Virus genome (UHGV): UHGV-0160579
Direction: 5' to 3' (one strand)
From: a virus
DNA length: 36,299 nucleotides
The notes under the pieces are model-generated. The model did no database searches. It was not told the origin of the DNA and worked only from the letters and a program-made list of their open reading frames with translations. Below, piece by piece: positions 18,000 through 29,784 of the stretch. Both the position numbers and the translations under genes were made by a program. Numbering within the stretch: position 1 is the first letter of the stretch; the number at the start of each line of letters is the position of its first letter.

Positions 18000-18220
18000 A
18001 GAAATTACGGGTAACCGTAGAACCTTTTCAGGGAACAATTCCGTTCCGTATTTTGCAGCGTGGTCGTGTTCTTGTTGAAGGTTCGTTCAGTGGTAAATGT
18101 ACGCAATTACACTCCCGGACCTTTCAGGTGAATGCCACGAATGAAGAGCTAACCGTGGAGTGTACGATGAATGCCGCTAAATGCCGCATGGTATCCGCTG
18201 CATTACAGCCAGTGTGTTGA
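17996..18220 (+). CDS. Hypothetical protein (74 aa) translationally coupled to Rz
   Basis: ATG overlaps the Rz stop (ATGA); RBS CCGGAGGA; no function recognised. Confidence 0.5.
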   Translation: MKKLRVTVEPFQGTIPFRILQRGRVLVEGSFSGKCTQLHSRTFQVNATNEELTVECTMNAAKCRMVSAALQPVC

Positions 18221-18576
18221 GCGACCTTATTATCCATGCGCGGTATTGTCGCCGTATTCTTGCATTAACAGAGACCGCAGCCCGACAGGGAGACTCCTCT
18301 GCGCGAGTGTGCGGGGATAATCAAAAACGATACACACCGGGGTTTACCGCGTTAACGGAGCGCGGCGTTGTCCCCTCATAGTCGCCTGTCCGGTGCGATG
18401 GTGGAAGAAGCCGGATGTTTATCACTATTAATTGATGACACAGAAATGGATTCATTGAATTTCAGCACGTTTTTGTATTCGTGTTATTGAACATCTGTTT
18501 ATTTTACTTTTAACATATTGATAATAAAAAGAGCTGTAAATCTTTAGATGAGTCGATTTTGTCCGGGGAAGTTCAA

Positions 18577-18717
18577 ATGGATTTTATGCTGACGGTTTCT
18601 GGTGTGGTTATCCTGTCCATTGCTTATACTGCAGATAAATATGGCTGCCATTTGTTATCACGTATTGGCGCTTATTGTTCGTTGATGCTGATTTTCTCGT
18701 CGCTTTTTTTTGAGTAA
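18577..18717 (+). CDS. Possible small hydrophobic peptide (46 aa)
   Basis: Hand-translated ORF MDFMLTVSGVVILSIAYTADKYGCHLLSRIGAYCSLMLIFSSLFFE with RBS GGGGAAG; lies in an AT-rich, otherwise non-coding stretch. Confidence 0.25.
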   Translation: MDFMLTVSGVVILSIAYTADKYGCHLLSRIGAYCSLMLIFSSLFFE

Positions 18718-18849
18718 GTTATATTAATTATAACAAATAATTTTCTGTGTTATTTTTTCAGGCTATCCCGTCAGAGGGGAAGCCTGTACTGCCGGGGAGC
18801 GAATGGAAAACTGATGTGTCCGGTAACTGCGTGTTCTGTGAACACCATG

Positions 18850-19035
18850 TTACTTAATTATGTAATTCATACCCGAACTCTCTGTTGACAGCCTTCTTCT
18901 GCAGGCTTCAATAACCCACGCTGAAAAGTTTCCTGAACCTTTCAGATCAAGAGCGATGTTAATTTGTTCAATCATCTGGTTTGGAAATCGGATGTTGCGG
19001 GTTGTTGTTCTGCGGGTTCTGTTCTTTGATGACAT
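18850..19035 (-). CDS. Small basic protein (61 aa), DUF3950/YlcI-like by position
   Basis: ATG with RBS GGGGAA; basic N-terminus (SSKNRTRRTTTRNIRF) suggests nucleic-acid binding; upstream of cos as ylcI is in DLP12. Confidence 0.45.
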   Translation of the reverse strand: MSSKNRTRRTTTRNIRFPNQMIEQINIALDLKGSGNFSAWVIEACRRRLSTESSGMNYIIK

Positions 19036-19241
19036 AATGTTTCCCCATATTCAGTGTTGCTGATTTGTATTGTCTGAAGTTGTTTTTACGTTAAGTTGAT
19101 GCAGATCAATTAATACGATACCTGCGTCATAATTGATTATTTCTCGTGGTTTGATGGCGTACACACATGTTGTGATAAACCTTATATAGATGATAATCAT
19201 TATTATTTCGCGGGTCCTTTCCGGCGATCCGACCGGTTACG

Positions 19242-19253
19242 GGGCGGCGACCT
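19242..19253 (+). other. cos: cosN cohesive-end site (GGGCGGCGACCT)
   Basis: The sequence CGGGGCGGCGACCTCGCGGGTTTTCGCTATTTATGAAA matches the lambda cos region as I recall it. Confidence 0.85.
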
Positions 19254-19293
19254 CGCGGGTTTTCGCTATTTATGAAATTTTTCCGGGGAAAAT

Positions 19294-19405
19294 CATGTCG
19301 GTACTTCTCGAACATAACTATTTGTTTTTTCTAATATCGAATCCGTAAAAGGTCCGACATGAAAACGCCTAAAAAAGTCATTTTCGGGCACTTTCATGTC
19401 GGACC
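19294..19405 (+). promoter_or_regulatory. cosB-like terminase-binding region: three copies of CATGTCGGNAC (19294-19304, 19352-19362 inverted, 19395-19405), two forming a 14-bp inverted repeat (19351-19364 and 19392-19405)
   Basis: Repeats read directly from sequence between cosN and the terminase small-subunit gene; they differ from lambda R sites. Confidence 0.55.
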
Positions 19406-19429
19406 CTGTATTTATTGTGAGACTGTTTC

Positions 19430-19949
19430 ATGAAGGTTAATAAAAAGAAACTTGCCGAAATTTTCAACGTGGATCCGCGAACGATTGAACGCTGGCAGTC
19501 TCAGGGACTCCCTTGCGTCTCCGGAGGTAGTAAGGGCGTTGAATCTGTATTTGATACCGCCATGGCAATTCAGTGGTATGCGCAGAGGGAAGCTGATATC
19601 GAAAATGAAAAACTCCGTAAAGAGGTTGAGGATTACAGGGCTGCCAGCGAGGCAGATCTCCAGCCTGGGACTATTGAGTACGAACGCCATCGACTTACGC
19701 GTGCGCAGGCCGACGCACAGGAGCTGAAAAATGCCAGAGACTCCGCTGAAGTGGTGGAAACCGCATTCTGTACTTTCGTGCTGTCGCGGATCGCAGGTGA
19801 AATTGCCAGTATTCTCGACGGGATCCCCCTGTCGGTGCAGCGGCGTTTTCCGGAACTGGAAAACCGACATGTTGATTTCCTGAAACGGGATATCATCAAA
19901 GCCATGAACAAAGCAGCCGCGCTGGATGAACTGATACCGGGGTTGCTGA

Positions 19950-19975
<26 letters not shown>
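19430..19975 (+). CDS. nu1: Terminase small subunit (Nu1 family)
   Basis: 181 aa; N-terminal winged-HTH region, C-terminal ~100 residues match lambda Nu1 (…[104 protein letters not shown]). Confidence 0.95.
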
Positions 19976-23656
<3,681 letters not shown>

Positions 23657-23676
<20 letters not shown>

Positions 23677-24976
23677 TCTCCCGCATATTGCCAGCATGGC
23701 CTTTAATGAGCCGCTGATGCTTGAACCCGCCTATGCGCGGGTTTTCTTTTGTGCGCTTGCAGGCCAGCTTGGGATCAGCCGCCTGACGGATGCGGTGTCC
23801 GGTGACAGCCTGACTGCCGGAGAGGCACCCGCGACGCTGGTGTTATCCGTTGATGATGACGGACCACGACAGGCCCGCAGTTATCAGGTCATGAACGGCA
23901 TCGCCGTGCTGCCGGTTTCCGGCACGCTGGTCAGCCGGACGCGGGCGCTGCAGCCGTATTCGGGAATGACCGGTTACAACGGCATTATCGCCCGTCTGCA
24001 ACAGGCTGCCAGCGATCCGATGGTGGACGGCATTCTGCTGGATATGGACACGCCCGGCGGGATGGTGGCGGGAGCATTTGACTGCGCTGACATCATCGCC
24101 CGTGTGCGTGACATAAAACCGGTATGGGCGCTGGCCAACGACATGAACTGCAGTGCAGGTCAGCTGCTTGCCAGCGCCGCCTCCCGACGTCTGGTCACGC
24201 AGACCGCCCGGACAGGCTCCATCGGCGTCATGATGGCTCACAGTAATTACGGCGCTGCGCTGGAGAAACAGGGCGTGGAAATCACGCTGATTTACAGCGG
24301 CAGCCATAAGGTGGATGGCAACCCCTACAGCCATCTTCCGGATGACGTCCGGGAGACACTGCAGTCCCGGATGGATGCAACCCGCCGGATGTTTGCGCAG
24401 AAGGTGTCGGCATATACCGGCCTGTCCGTGCAGGCTGTGCTGGATACCGAGGCTGCAGTGTACAGCGGTCAGGAGGCCATTGATGCCGGACTGGCTGATG
24501 AACTTGTTAACAGCACCGATGCGATCACCGTCATGCGTGATGCACTGGATGCACGTAAATCCCGTCTCTCAGGAGGGCGAATGACCAAAGAGACCCAATC
24601 AACAACTGTTTCAGCCACTGCTTCGCAGGCTGACGTTACTGACGTGATGCCAGCGACGGAGGGCGAAAACGCCAGCGCGGCGCAGCCGGACGTGAACGCG
24701 CAGATCACCGCAGCAGTTGCGGCAGAAAACAGCCGCATTATGGGGATCCTCAACTGTGAGGAGGCTCACGGACGCGAAGAACAGGCCCGCGTGCTGGCTG
24801 AAACCCCCGGTATGACCGTGGAAACGGCCCGCCGCATTCTGGCCGCAGCACCACAGAGTGCACAGGCGCGCAGTGATACTGCGCTGGATCGTCTGATGCA
24901 GGGTGCACCGGCACCGCTGGCTGCAGGTAACCCGGCATCTGATGCCGTTAACGATTTGCTGAACACACCAGTGTAA
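23657..24976 (+). CDS. C: Head maturation protease / minor capsid protein C (ClpP-like serine protease fold)
   Basis: GTG start after RBS GAGGAGGA gives 439 aa (VTAELRNLPHIASMAFNEPLMLEPAYARVFFCALAGQLGIS...) matching lambda gpC; the track ORF starting at 23522 is an unsupported extension overlapping B. Confidence 0.9.
24371..24976 (+). CDS. nu3: Scaffolding protein Nu3 (in-frame internal start within C)
   Basis: In-frame ATG at 24371, 714 nt into C, the same offset as lambda Nu3 within C as I recall the lambda map. Confidence 0.55.
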   Translation: MDATRRMFAQKVSAYTGLSVQAVLDTEAAVYSGQEAIDAGLADELVNSTDAITVMRDALDARKSRLSGGRMTKETQSTTVSATASQADVTDVMPATEGENASAAQPDVNAQITAAVAAENSRIMGILNCEEAHGREEQARVLAETPGMTVETARRILAAAPQSAQARSDTALDRLMQGAPAPLAAGNPASDAVNDLLNTPV

Positions 24977-24985
24977 GGGATGTTT

Positions 24986-25318
24986 ATGACGAGCAAAGAA
25001 ACCTTTACTCATTACCAGCCGCTGGGCGGCAGTGACCCGGCACATACGGCAACCGCGCCCGGCGGATTGAGTGCGAAAGCGCCTGCAATGACCCCGCTGA
25101 TGCCGGATACCTCCACCCGTAAGCTGGTTGCGTGGGATGGCACCACCGATGGTGCTGCTGTTGGCATTCTTGCTGTTGCTGCTGACCAGACCAGCACCAC
25201 GCTGACGTTCTACAAGTCCGGCACGTTCCGTTATGAGGATGTGCTCTGGCCGGAGGCTGCCAGCGACGAGACGAAAAAACGGACCGCGTTTGCCGGAACG
25301 GCAATCAGCATCGTTTAA
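24986..25318 (+). CDS. D: Capsid decoration protein D
   Basis: 110 aa from the ATG at 24986 (RBS AAGGGA); matches lambda gpD. Confidence 0.95.
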   Translation: MTSKETFTHYQPLGGSDPAHTATAPGGLSAKAPAMTPLMPDTSTRKLVAWDGTTDGAAVGILAVAADQTSTTLTFYKSGTFRYEDVLWPEAASDETKKRTAFAGTAISIV

Positions 25319-25335
25319 CCTTACCCTCATCACTA

Positions 25336-25362
25336 AAGGCCGCCTGTGCGGCTTTTTTTACG
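25336..25362 (+). other. Stem-loop (GCCGC-CTGT-GCGGC followed by TTTTTTTA) between D and E
   Basis: Read from sequence; terminator-like structure inside the late operon, presumably read through by Q-modified polymerase. Confidence 0.35.
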
Positions 25363-25372
25363 GGATTTTTTT

Positions 25373-26398
25373 ATGTCAATGTACACAACCGCCCAGCTGC
25401 TGGCGGCAAATGAGCAGAAATTTAAGTTTGATCCGCTGTTTCTGCGTCTCTTTTTCCGTGAGAGCTATCCCTTCACCACGGAGAAAGTCTATCTCTCACA
25501 AATTCCGGGACTGGTAAACATGGCGCTGTACGTTTCGCCGATTGTTTCCGGTGAGGTTATCCGCTCCCGTGGCGGCTCCACCTCTGAATTTACGCCGGGA
25601 TATGTCAAGCCGAAGCATGAGGTGAATCCGCAGATGACCCTGCGTCGCCTGCCGGATGAAGATCCACAGAATCTGGCGGACCCGGCTTACCGCCGCCGTC
25701 GCATCATCATGCAGAACATGCGTGACGAAGAGCTGGCCATTGCCCAGGTGGAAGAGATGCAGGCCGTTTCTGCCGTGCTCAAGGGCAAATACACCATGAC
25801 CGGGGAAGCCTTCGATCCGGTTGAGGTGGATATGGGCCGCAGTGCGGCGAACAACATCACGCAGTCCGGCGGCACGGAGTGGAGCAAGCGTGACAAGTCC
25901 ACGTATGACCCGACAGACGATATCGAAGCCTACGCGCTGAACGCCAGCGGCGTGGTGAATATCATCGTGTTTGATCCGAAAGGCTGGGCGCTGTTCCGTT
26001 CCTTCAAGGCCGTCAGGGAGAAGCTGGATACCCGTCGCGGCTCTAATTCCGAGCTGGAGACAGCGGTGAAAGACCTGGGTAAAGCGGTGTCCTACAAGGG
26101 GATGTATGGCGATGTGGCCATCGTCGTGTATTCCGGACAGTACGTGGAAAACGGCGTCAAAAAGAACTTCCTGCCGGACAACACGATGGTGCTGGGGAAC
26201 ACTCAGGCACGCGGTCTGCGCACCTATGGCTGCATTCAGGATGCGGACGCACAGCGCGAAGGCATTAACGCCTCTGCCCGCTACCCGAAAAACTGGGTGA
26301 CCACCGGCGATCCGGCGCGTGAGTTCACCATGATTCAGTCAGCACCGCTGATGCTGCTGGCTGACCCTGATGAGTTCGTGTCCGTACAACTGGCGTAA
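25373..26398 (+). CDS. E: Major capsid protein E
   Basis: 341 aa from the ATG at 25373; matches lambda gpE (MSMYTTAQLLAANEQKFKFDPLFLRLFFRESYPFTTEKVYLSQIPGLVNMALYVSPIVSGEVIRSRGG...). Confidence 0.97.
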   Translation: MSMYTTAQLLAANEQKFKFDPLFLRLFFRESYPFTTEKVYLSQIPGLVNMALYVSPIVSGEVIRSRGGSTSEFTPGYVKPKHEVNPQMTLRRLPDEDPQNLADPAYRRRRIIMQNMRDEELAIAQVEEMQAVSAVLKGKYTMTGEAFDPVEVDMGRSAANNITQSGGTEWSKRDKSTYDPTDDIEAYALNASGVVNIIVFDPKGWALFRSFKAVREKLDTRRGSNSELETAVKDLGKAVSYKGMYGDVAIVVYSGQYVENGVKKNFLPDNTMVLGNTQARGLRTYGCIQDADAQREGINASARYPKNWVTTGDPAREFTMIQSAPLMLLADPDEFVSVQLA

Positions 26399-26439
26399 TC
26401 ATGGCCCTTCGGGGCCATTGTTTCTCTGTGGAGGAGTCC

Positions 26440-26835
26440 ATGACGAAAGATGAGCTGATTGCCCGTCTCCGCTCGCTGGGTGAGCAACTGAACCGTGATG
26501 TCAGCCTGACGGGGACGAAAGAAGAACTGGCACTCCGTGTGGCAGAGCTGGAAGAGGAGCTTGATGACACGGATGACGCTGCCGGTCAGGACACATCTGT
26601 CAACCCGGAAAATGCGCTGACCGGACATGAAAATGAGGTGGTATCAGCGCAGCCGGATACCGTGACTGATACGGCTGCTCTGGTCACGGTCGTGGCACTG
26701 GTGACGCTGCATACTGATGCACTTCACGCCACGCGGGATGAGCCTGTGGCATTTGTGCTGCCGGGAACGGCGTTCCGTGTCTCTGCCGGTGTGGCAGCCG
26801 AAATGACAGAACGCGGCCTGGCCAGAATGCAATAA
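26440..26835 (+). CDS. FI: DNA-packaging / head assembly protein FI
   Basis: 131 aa from the ATG at 26440 (RBS GGAGGA); matches lambda FI. Confidence 0.9.
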   Translation: MTKDELIARLRSLGEQLNRDVSLTGTKEELALRVAELEEELDDTDDAAGQDTSVNPENALTGHENEVVSAQPDTVTDTAALVTVVALVTLHTDALHATRDEPVAFVLPGTAFRVSAGVAAEMTERGLARMQ

Positions 26836-26846
26836 CGGGAGGCGCT

Positions 26847-27200
26847 GTGGCTGATTTCGATAACCTGTTCGATGCTGCCATTGCCCGCGCCGATGAAACG
26901 ATACGCGGGTACATGGGAACGTCAGCCACCATGACATCCGGTGAGCAGTCCGGTGCTGTGATACGTGGTGTTTTTGATGACCCTGAAAATATCAGCTATG
27001 CCGGACAGGGCGTGCGCGTTGAAGGCTCCAGCCCGTCCCTGTTTGTCCGGACTGATGATGTGCGGCAGCTGCGGCGCGGCGACACGCTGACCATCGGTGA
27101 GGAAAATTTCTGGATAGACCGGATTTCGCCGGATGATGGCGGAAGCTGTCATCTCTGGCTTGGTCGGGGCGTACCGCCTGCCGTTAACCGTCGTCGCTGA
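26847..27200 (+). CDS. FII: Head completion protein FII
   Basis: 117 aa, GTG start; matches lambda FII. Confidence 0.9.
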   Translation: MADFDNLFDAAIARADETIRGYMGTSATMTSGEQSGAVIRGVFDDPENISYAGQGVRVEGSSPSLFVRTDDVRQLRRGDTLTIGEENFWIDRISPDDGGSCHLWLGRGVPPAVNRRR

Positions 27201-27211
27201 AAGGGGGATGT

Positions 27212-27790
27212 ATGGCCATACAGGGTCTTGAGCAGGCCGTTGAAAACCTCAGCCGTATCAGCAAAACGGCGGTGCCCGGTGCCTCCGCAATGGCCATTAA
27301 CCGCGTTGCTTCATCCGCGATATCGCAGTCTGCGTCACAGGTTGCCCGTGAGACAAAGGTACGCCGGAAACTGGTAAAGGAAAGGGCCAGGCTGAAAAGG
27401 GCCACGGTCAAAAATCCGCAGGCCAGAATCAGGGTTAACCGGGGGGATTTGCCCGTAATCAGGCTGGGTAACGCGCGGGTTGTCCTGTCCCGACGCAGGC
27501 GTCGTAAAAAGGGGCAGCGTTCATCCCTGAAAGGTGGCGACAGCGTGCTTGTGGTGGGAAACCGTCGTATTCCCGGCGCGTTTATTCAGCAACTGAAAAA
27601 TGGCCGGTGGCATGTCATGCAGCGTGTGGCCGGGAAAAACCGTTACCCCATTGATGTGGTGAAAATCCCGATGGCGGTGCCGCTGACCACGGCGTTTAAA
27701 CAGAATATTGAACGGATACGGCGTGAACGTCTTCCGAAAGAGCTGGGCTATGCGCTGCAGCATCAACTGAGAATGGTAATAAAGCGATGA
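27212..27790 (+). CDS. Z: Tail completion protein Z
   Basis: 192 aa; matches lambda gpZ. Confidence 0.9.
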   Translation: MAIQGLEQAVENLSRISKTAVPGASAMAINRVASSAISQSASQVARETKVRRKLVKERARLKRATVKNPQARIRVNRGDLPVIRLGNARVVLSRRRRRKKGQRSSLKGGDSVLVVGNRRIPGAFIQQLKNGRWHVMQRVAGKNRYPIDVVKIPMAVPLTTAFKQNIERIRRERLPKELGYALQHQLRMVIKR

Positions 27791-28182
27791 AACATACTGA
27801 ACTCCGTGCAGCCGTACTGGATGCACTGGAGAAGCATGACACCGGGGCGACGCTTTTTGATGGTCGCCCTGCTGTTTTTGATGAGGAAGATTTTCCGGCA
27901 ATTGCCGTTTATCTCACCGGCGCTGAATACACGGGCGAAGAGCTGGACAGCGATACCTGGCAGGCGGAGCTGCATATCGAAGTTTTCCTGCCTGCTCAGG
28001 TGCCGGATTCAGAGCTGGATGCGTGGATGGAGTCCCGGATTTATCCGGTGATGAGCGATATCCCGGCACTGTCAGATTTGATCACCAGTATGGTGGCCAG
28101 TGGCTATGACTACCGGCGCGACGATGATGCGGGCCTGTGGAGTTCAGCCGATCTGACTTATGTCATTACCTATGAAATGTGA
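27787..28182 (+). CDS. U: Tail terminator protein U
   Basis: 131 aa; matches lambda gpU. Confidence 0.93.
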   Translation: MKHTELRAAVLDALEKHDTGATLFDGRPAVFDEEDFPAIAVYLTGAEYTGEELDSDTWQAELHIEVFLPAQVPDSELDAWMESRIYPVMSDIPALSDLITSMVASGYDYRRDDDAGLWSSADLTYVITYEM

Positions 28183-28189
28183 GGACGAT

Positions 28190-28930
28190 ATGCCAACACC
28201 AAATCCTCTGGCACCGGTGAAAGGGGCCGGGACCACACTGTGGGTTTATAACGGGAGCGGCGACCCTTATGCAAACCCGCTTTCAGACAATGACTGGTCG
28301 CGTCTGGCAAAAATTAAAGACCTGACGCCCGGCGAACTGACCGCTGAGTCCTATGACGACAGTTATCTCGATGATGAAGATGCGGACTGGACCGCGACCG
28401 GGCAGGGGCAGAAATCCGCCGGAGATACCAGCTTCACGCTGGCGTGGATGCCCGGAGAGCAGGGGCAGCAGGCGCTGCTGGCGTGGTTTAATGAAGGTGA
28501 TACCCGTGCCTATAAAATCCGCTTCCCGAACGGCACGGTCGATGTGTTCCGTGGCTGGGTCAGCAGTATCGGTAAGGCGGTGACGGCGAAGGAAGTGATC
28601 ACCCGTACGGTGAAGGTCACCAATGTGGGCCGTCCGTCAATGGCAGAAGATCGCAGTACGGTGACGGCGGCAACCGGTATGACCGTGACGCCTGCCAGCT
28701 CCTCGGTGGTGAAAGGGCAGAGCACCACGCTGACCGTGGCCTTCCAGCCGGAGGGCGCAACTGACAAGAGCTTCCGTGCGGTGTCAGCGGATAAAACAAA
28801 AGCCACCGTGTCGGTCAGTGGTATGACCATCACCGTGAACGGCGTTGCTGCAGGCAAGGTCAACATTCCGGTTGTATCCGGTAATGGTGAACTTGCTGCG
28901 GTTGCAGAAATCACTGTCACCGACAGTTAA
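28190..28930 (+). CDS. V: Major tail tube protein V (with C-terminal Ig-like domain)
   Basis: 246 aa from the ATG at 28190 (RBS GAGGA); matches lambda gpV. Confidence 0.95.
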   Translation: MPTPNPLAPVKGAGTTLWVYNGSGDPYANPLSDNDWSRLAKIKDLTPGELTAESYDDSYLDDEDADWTATGQGQKSAGDTSFTLAWMPGEQGQQALLAWFNEGDTRAYKIRFPNGTVDVFRGWVSSIGKAVTAKEVITRTVKVTNVGRPSMAEDRSTVTAATGMTVTPASSSVVKGQSTTLTVAFQPEGATDKSFRAVSADKTKATVSVSGMTITVNGVAAGKVNIPVVSGNGELAAVAEITVTDS

Positions 28931-28945
28931 TCCGGAGAGTCAGCG

Positions 28946-29368
28946 ATGTTCCTGAAAACCGAATCATTTGAACATAACGGCGTGACCGTCACGCTTTCTG
29001 AACTGTCAGCCCTGCAGCGTATTGAGCATCTCGCCCTGATGAAACAGCAGGCAGAACAGGCGGAGTCAGACAGCAACCGGCAGGTTACTGTGGAAGACGC
29101 CATCAGAACCGGTGCTTTTGTGGTGGCGATGTCCCTGTGGCATAACCATCCGCAGAAGACAAAGCAGCCTTCCATGAATGAAGCCGTTAAACAGATTGAG
29201 CAGGAAGTGCTTACCACCTGGCCCGCGGAGGCAATTTCTCATGCTGAAAACGTGGTGTACCGGCTGTCCGGTATGTATGGGTTTGTGGTGAATGATGCCC
29301 CTGACCAGGCAGAGGACTCCGGGCCTGCAGAGCCTGTTTCTGCGGGAAAGTGTTCGACGGTGAGCTGA
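28946..29368 (+). CDS. G: Tail assembly chaperone G
   Basis: 140 aa; matches lambda gpG; slippery site near its 3' end. Confidence 0.93.
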   Translation: MFLKTESFEHNGVTVTLSELSALQRIEHLALMKQQAEQAESDSNRQVTVEDAIRTGAFVVAMSLWHNHPQKTKQPSMNEAVKQIEQEVLTTWPAEAISHAENVVYRLSGMYGFVVNDAPDQAEDSGPAEPVSAGKCSTVS

Positions 29369-29784
29369 GTTTTGCCCTGAAACTGGCGCGAGAGATGGGG
29401 CGACCTGACTGGCGCGCCATGCTTGCCGGGATGTCATCCACGGAGTATGCCGACTGGCACCGCTTTTACAGTACCCATTATTTTCATGATGTTCTGCTGG
29501 ATATGCACTTTTCCGGGCTGACGTACACTGTGCTCAGCCTGTTTTTCAGCGATCCGGATATGCATCCGCTGGATTTCAGTTTGCTGAACCGGCGTGAGGA
29601 TGACGAAGAGCCTGAAGATGATGTGCTGATGCAGAAAGCGGCAGGGCTTGCCGGAGGCGTTCGTTTTGGCCCGGACGGGAATGAAGTTATCCCCGCTTCC
29701 CCGGATGTGGCGGACATGACGGAGGATGACGTAATGCTGATGACAGTATCAGAAGGGATCGCAGGAGGAGTCCGGTATGGCTGA
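28946..29784 (+). CDS. T: Tail assembly chaperone G-T fusion produced by programmed -1 ribosomal frameshift at GGGAAAG (29344-29350)
   Basis: Slippery heptamer GGGAAAG present near the end of G; the -1 frame is open to 29784 and encodes a gpT-like sequence (…LSFALKLAREMGRPDWRAMLAGMSSTEYADWHRFY…). Confidence 0.85.

Noticed and set aside
19127-19315. 62-aa minus-strand ORF spanning cosN
   Set aside because: Overlaps the cos site and the terminase-binding region; Arg/Asn-rich translation; unlikely to be coding.
24611-25333. 240-aa minus-strand ORF overlapping the C/Nu3 and D genes
   Set aside because: Antisense to lambda-identical head genes; Arg/Cys-rich translation; no support.
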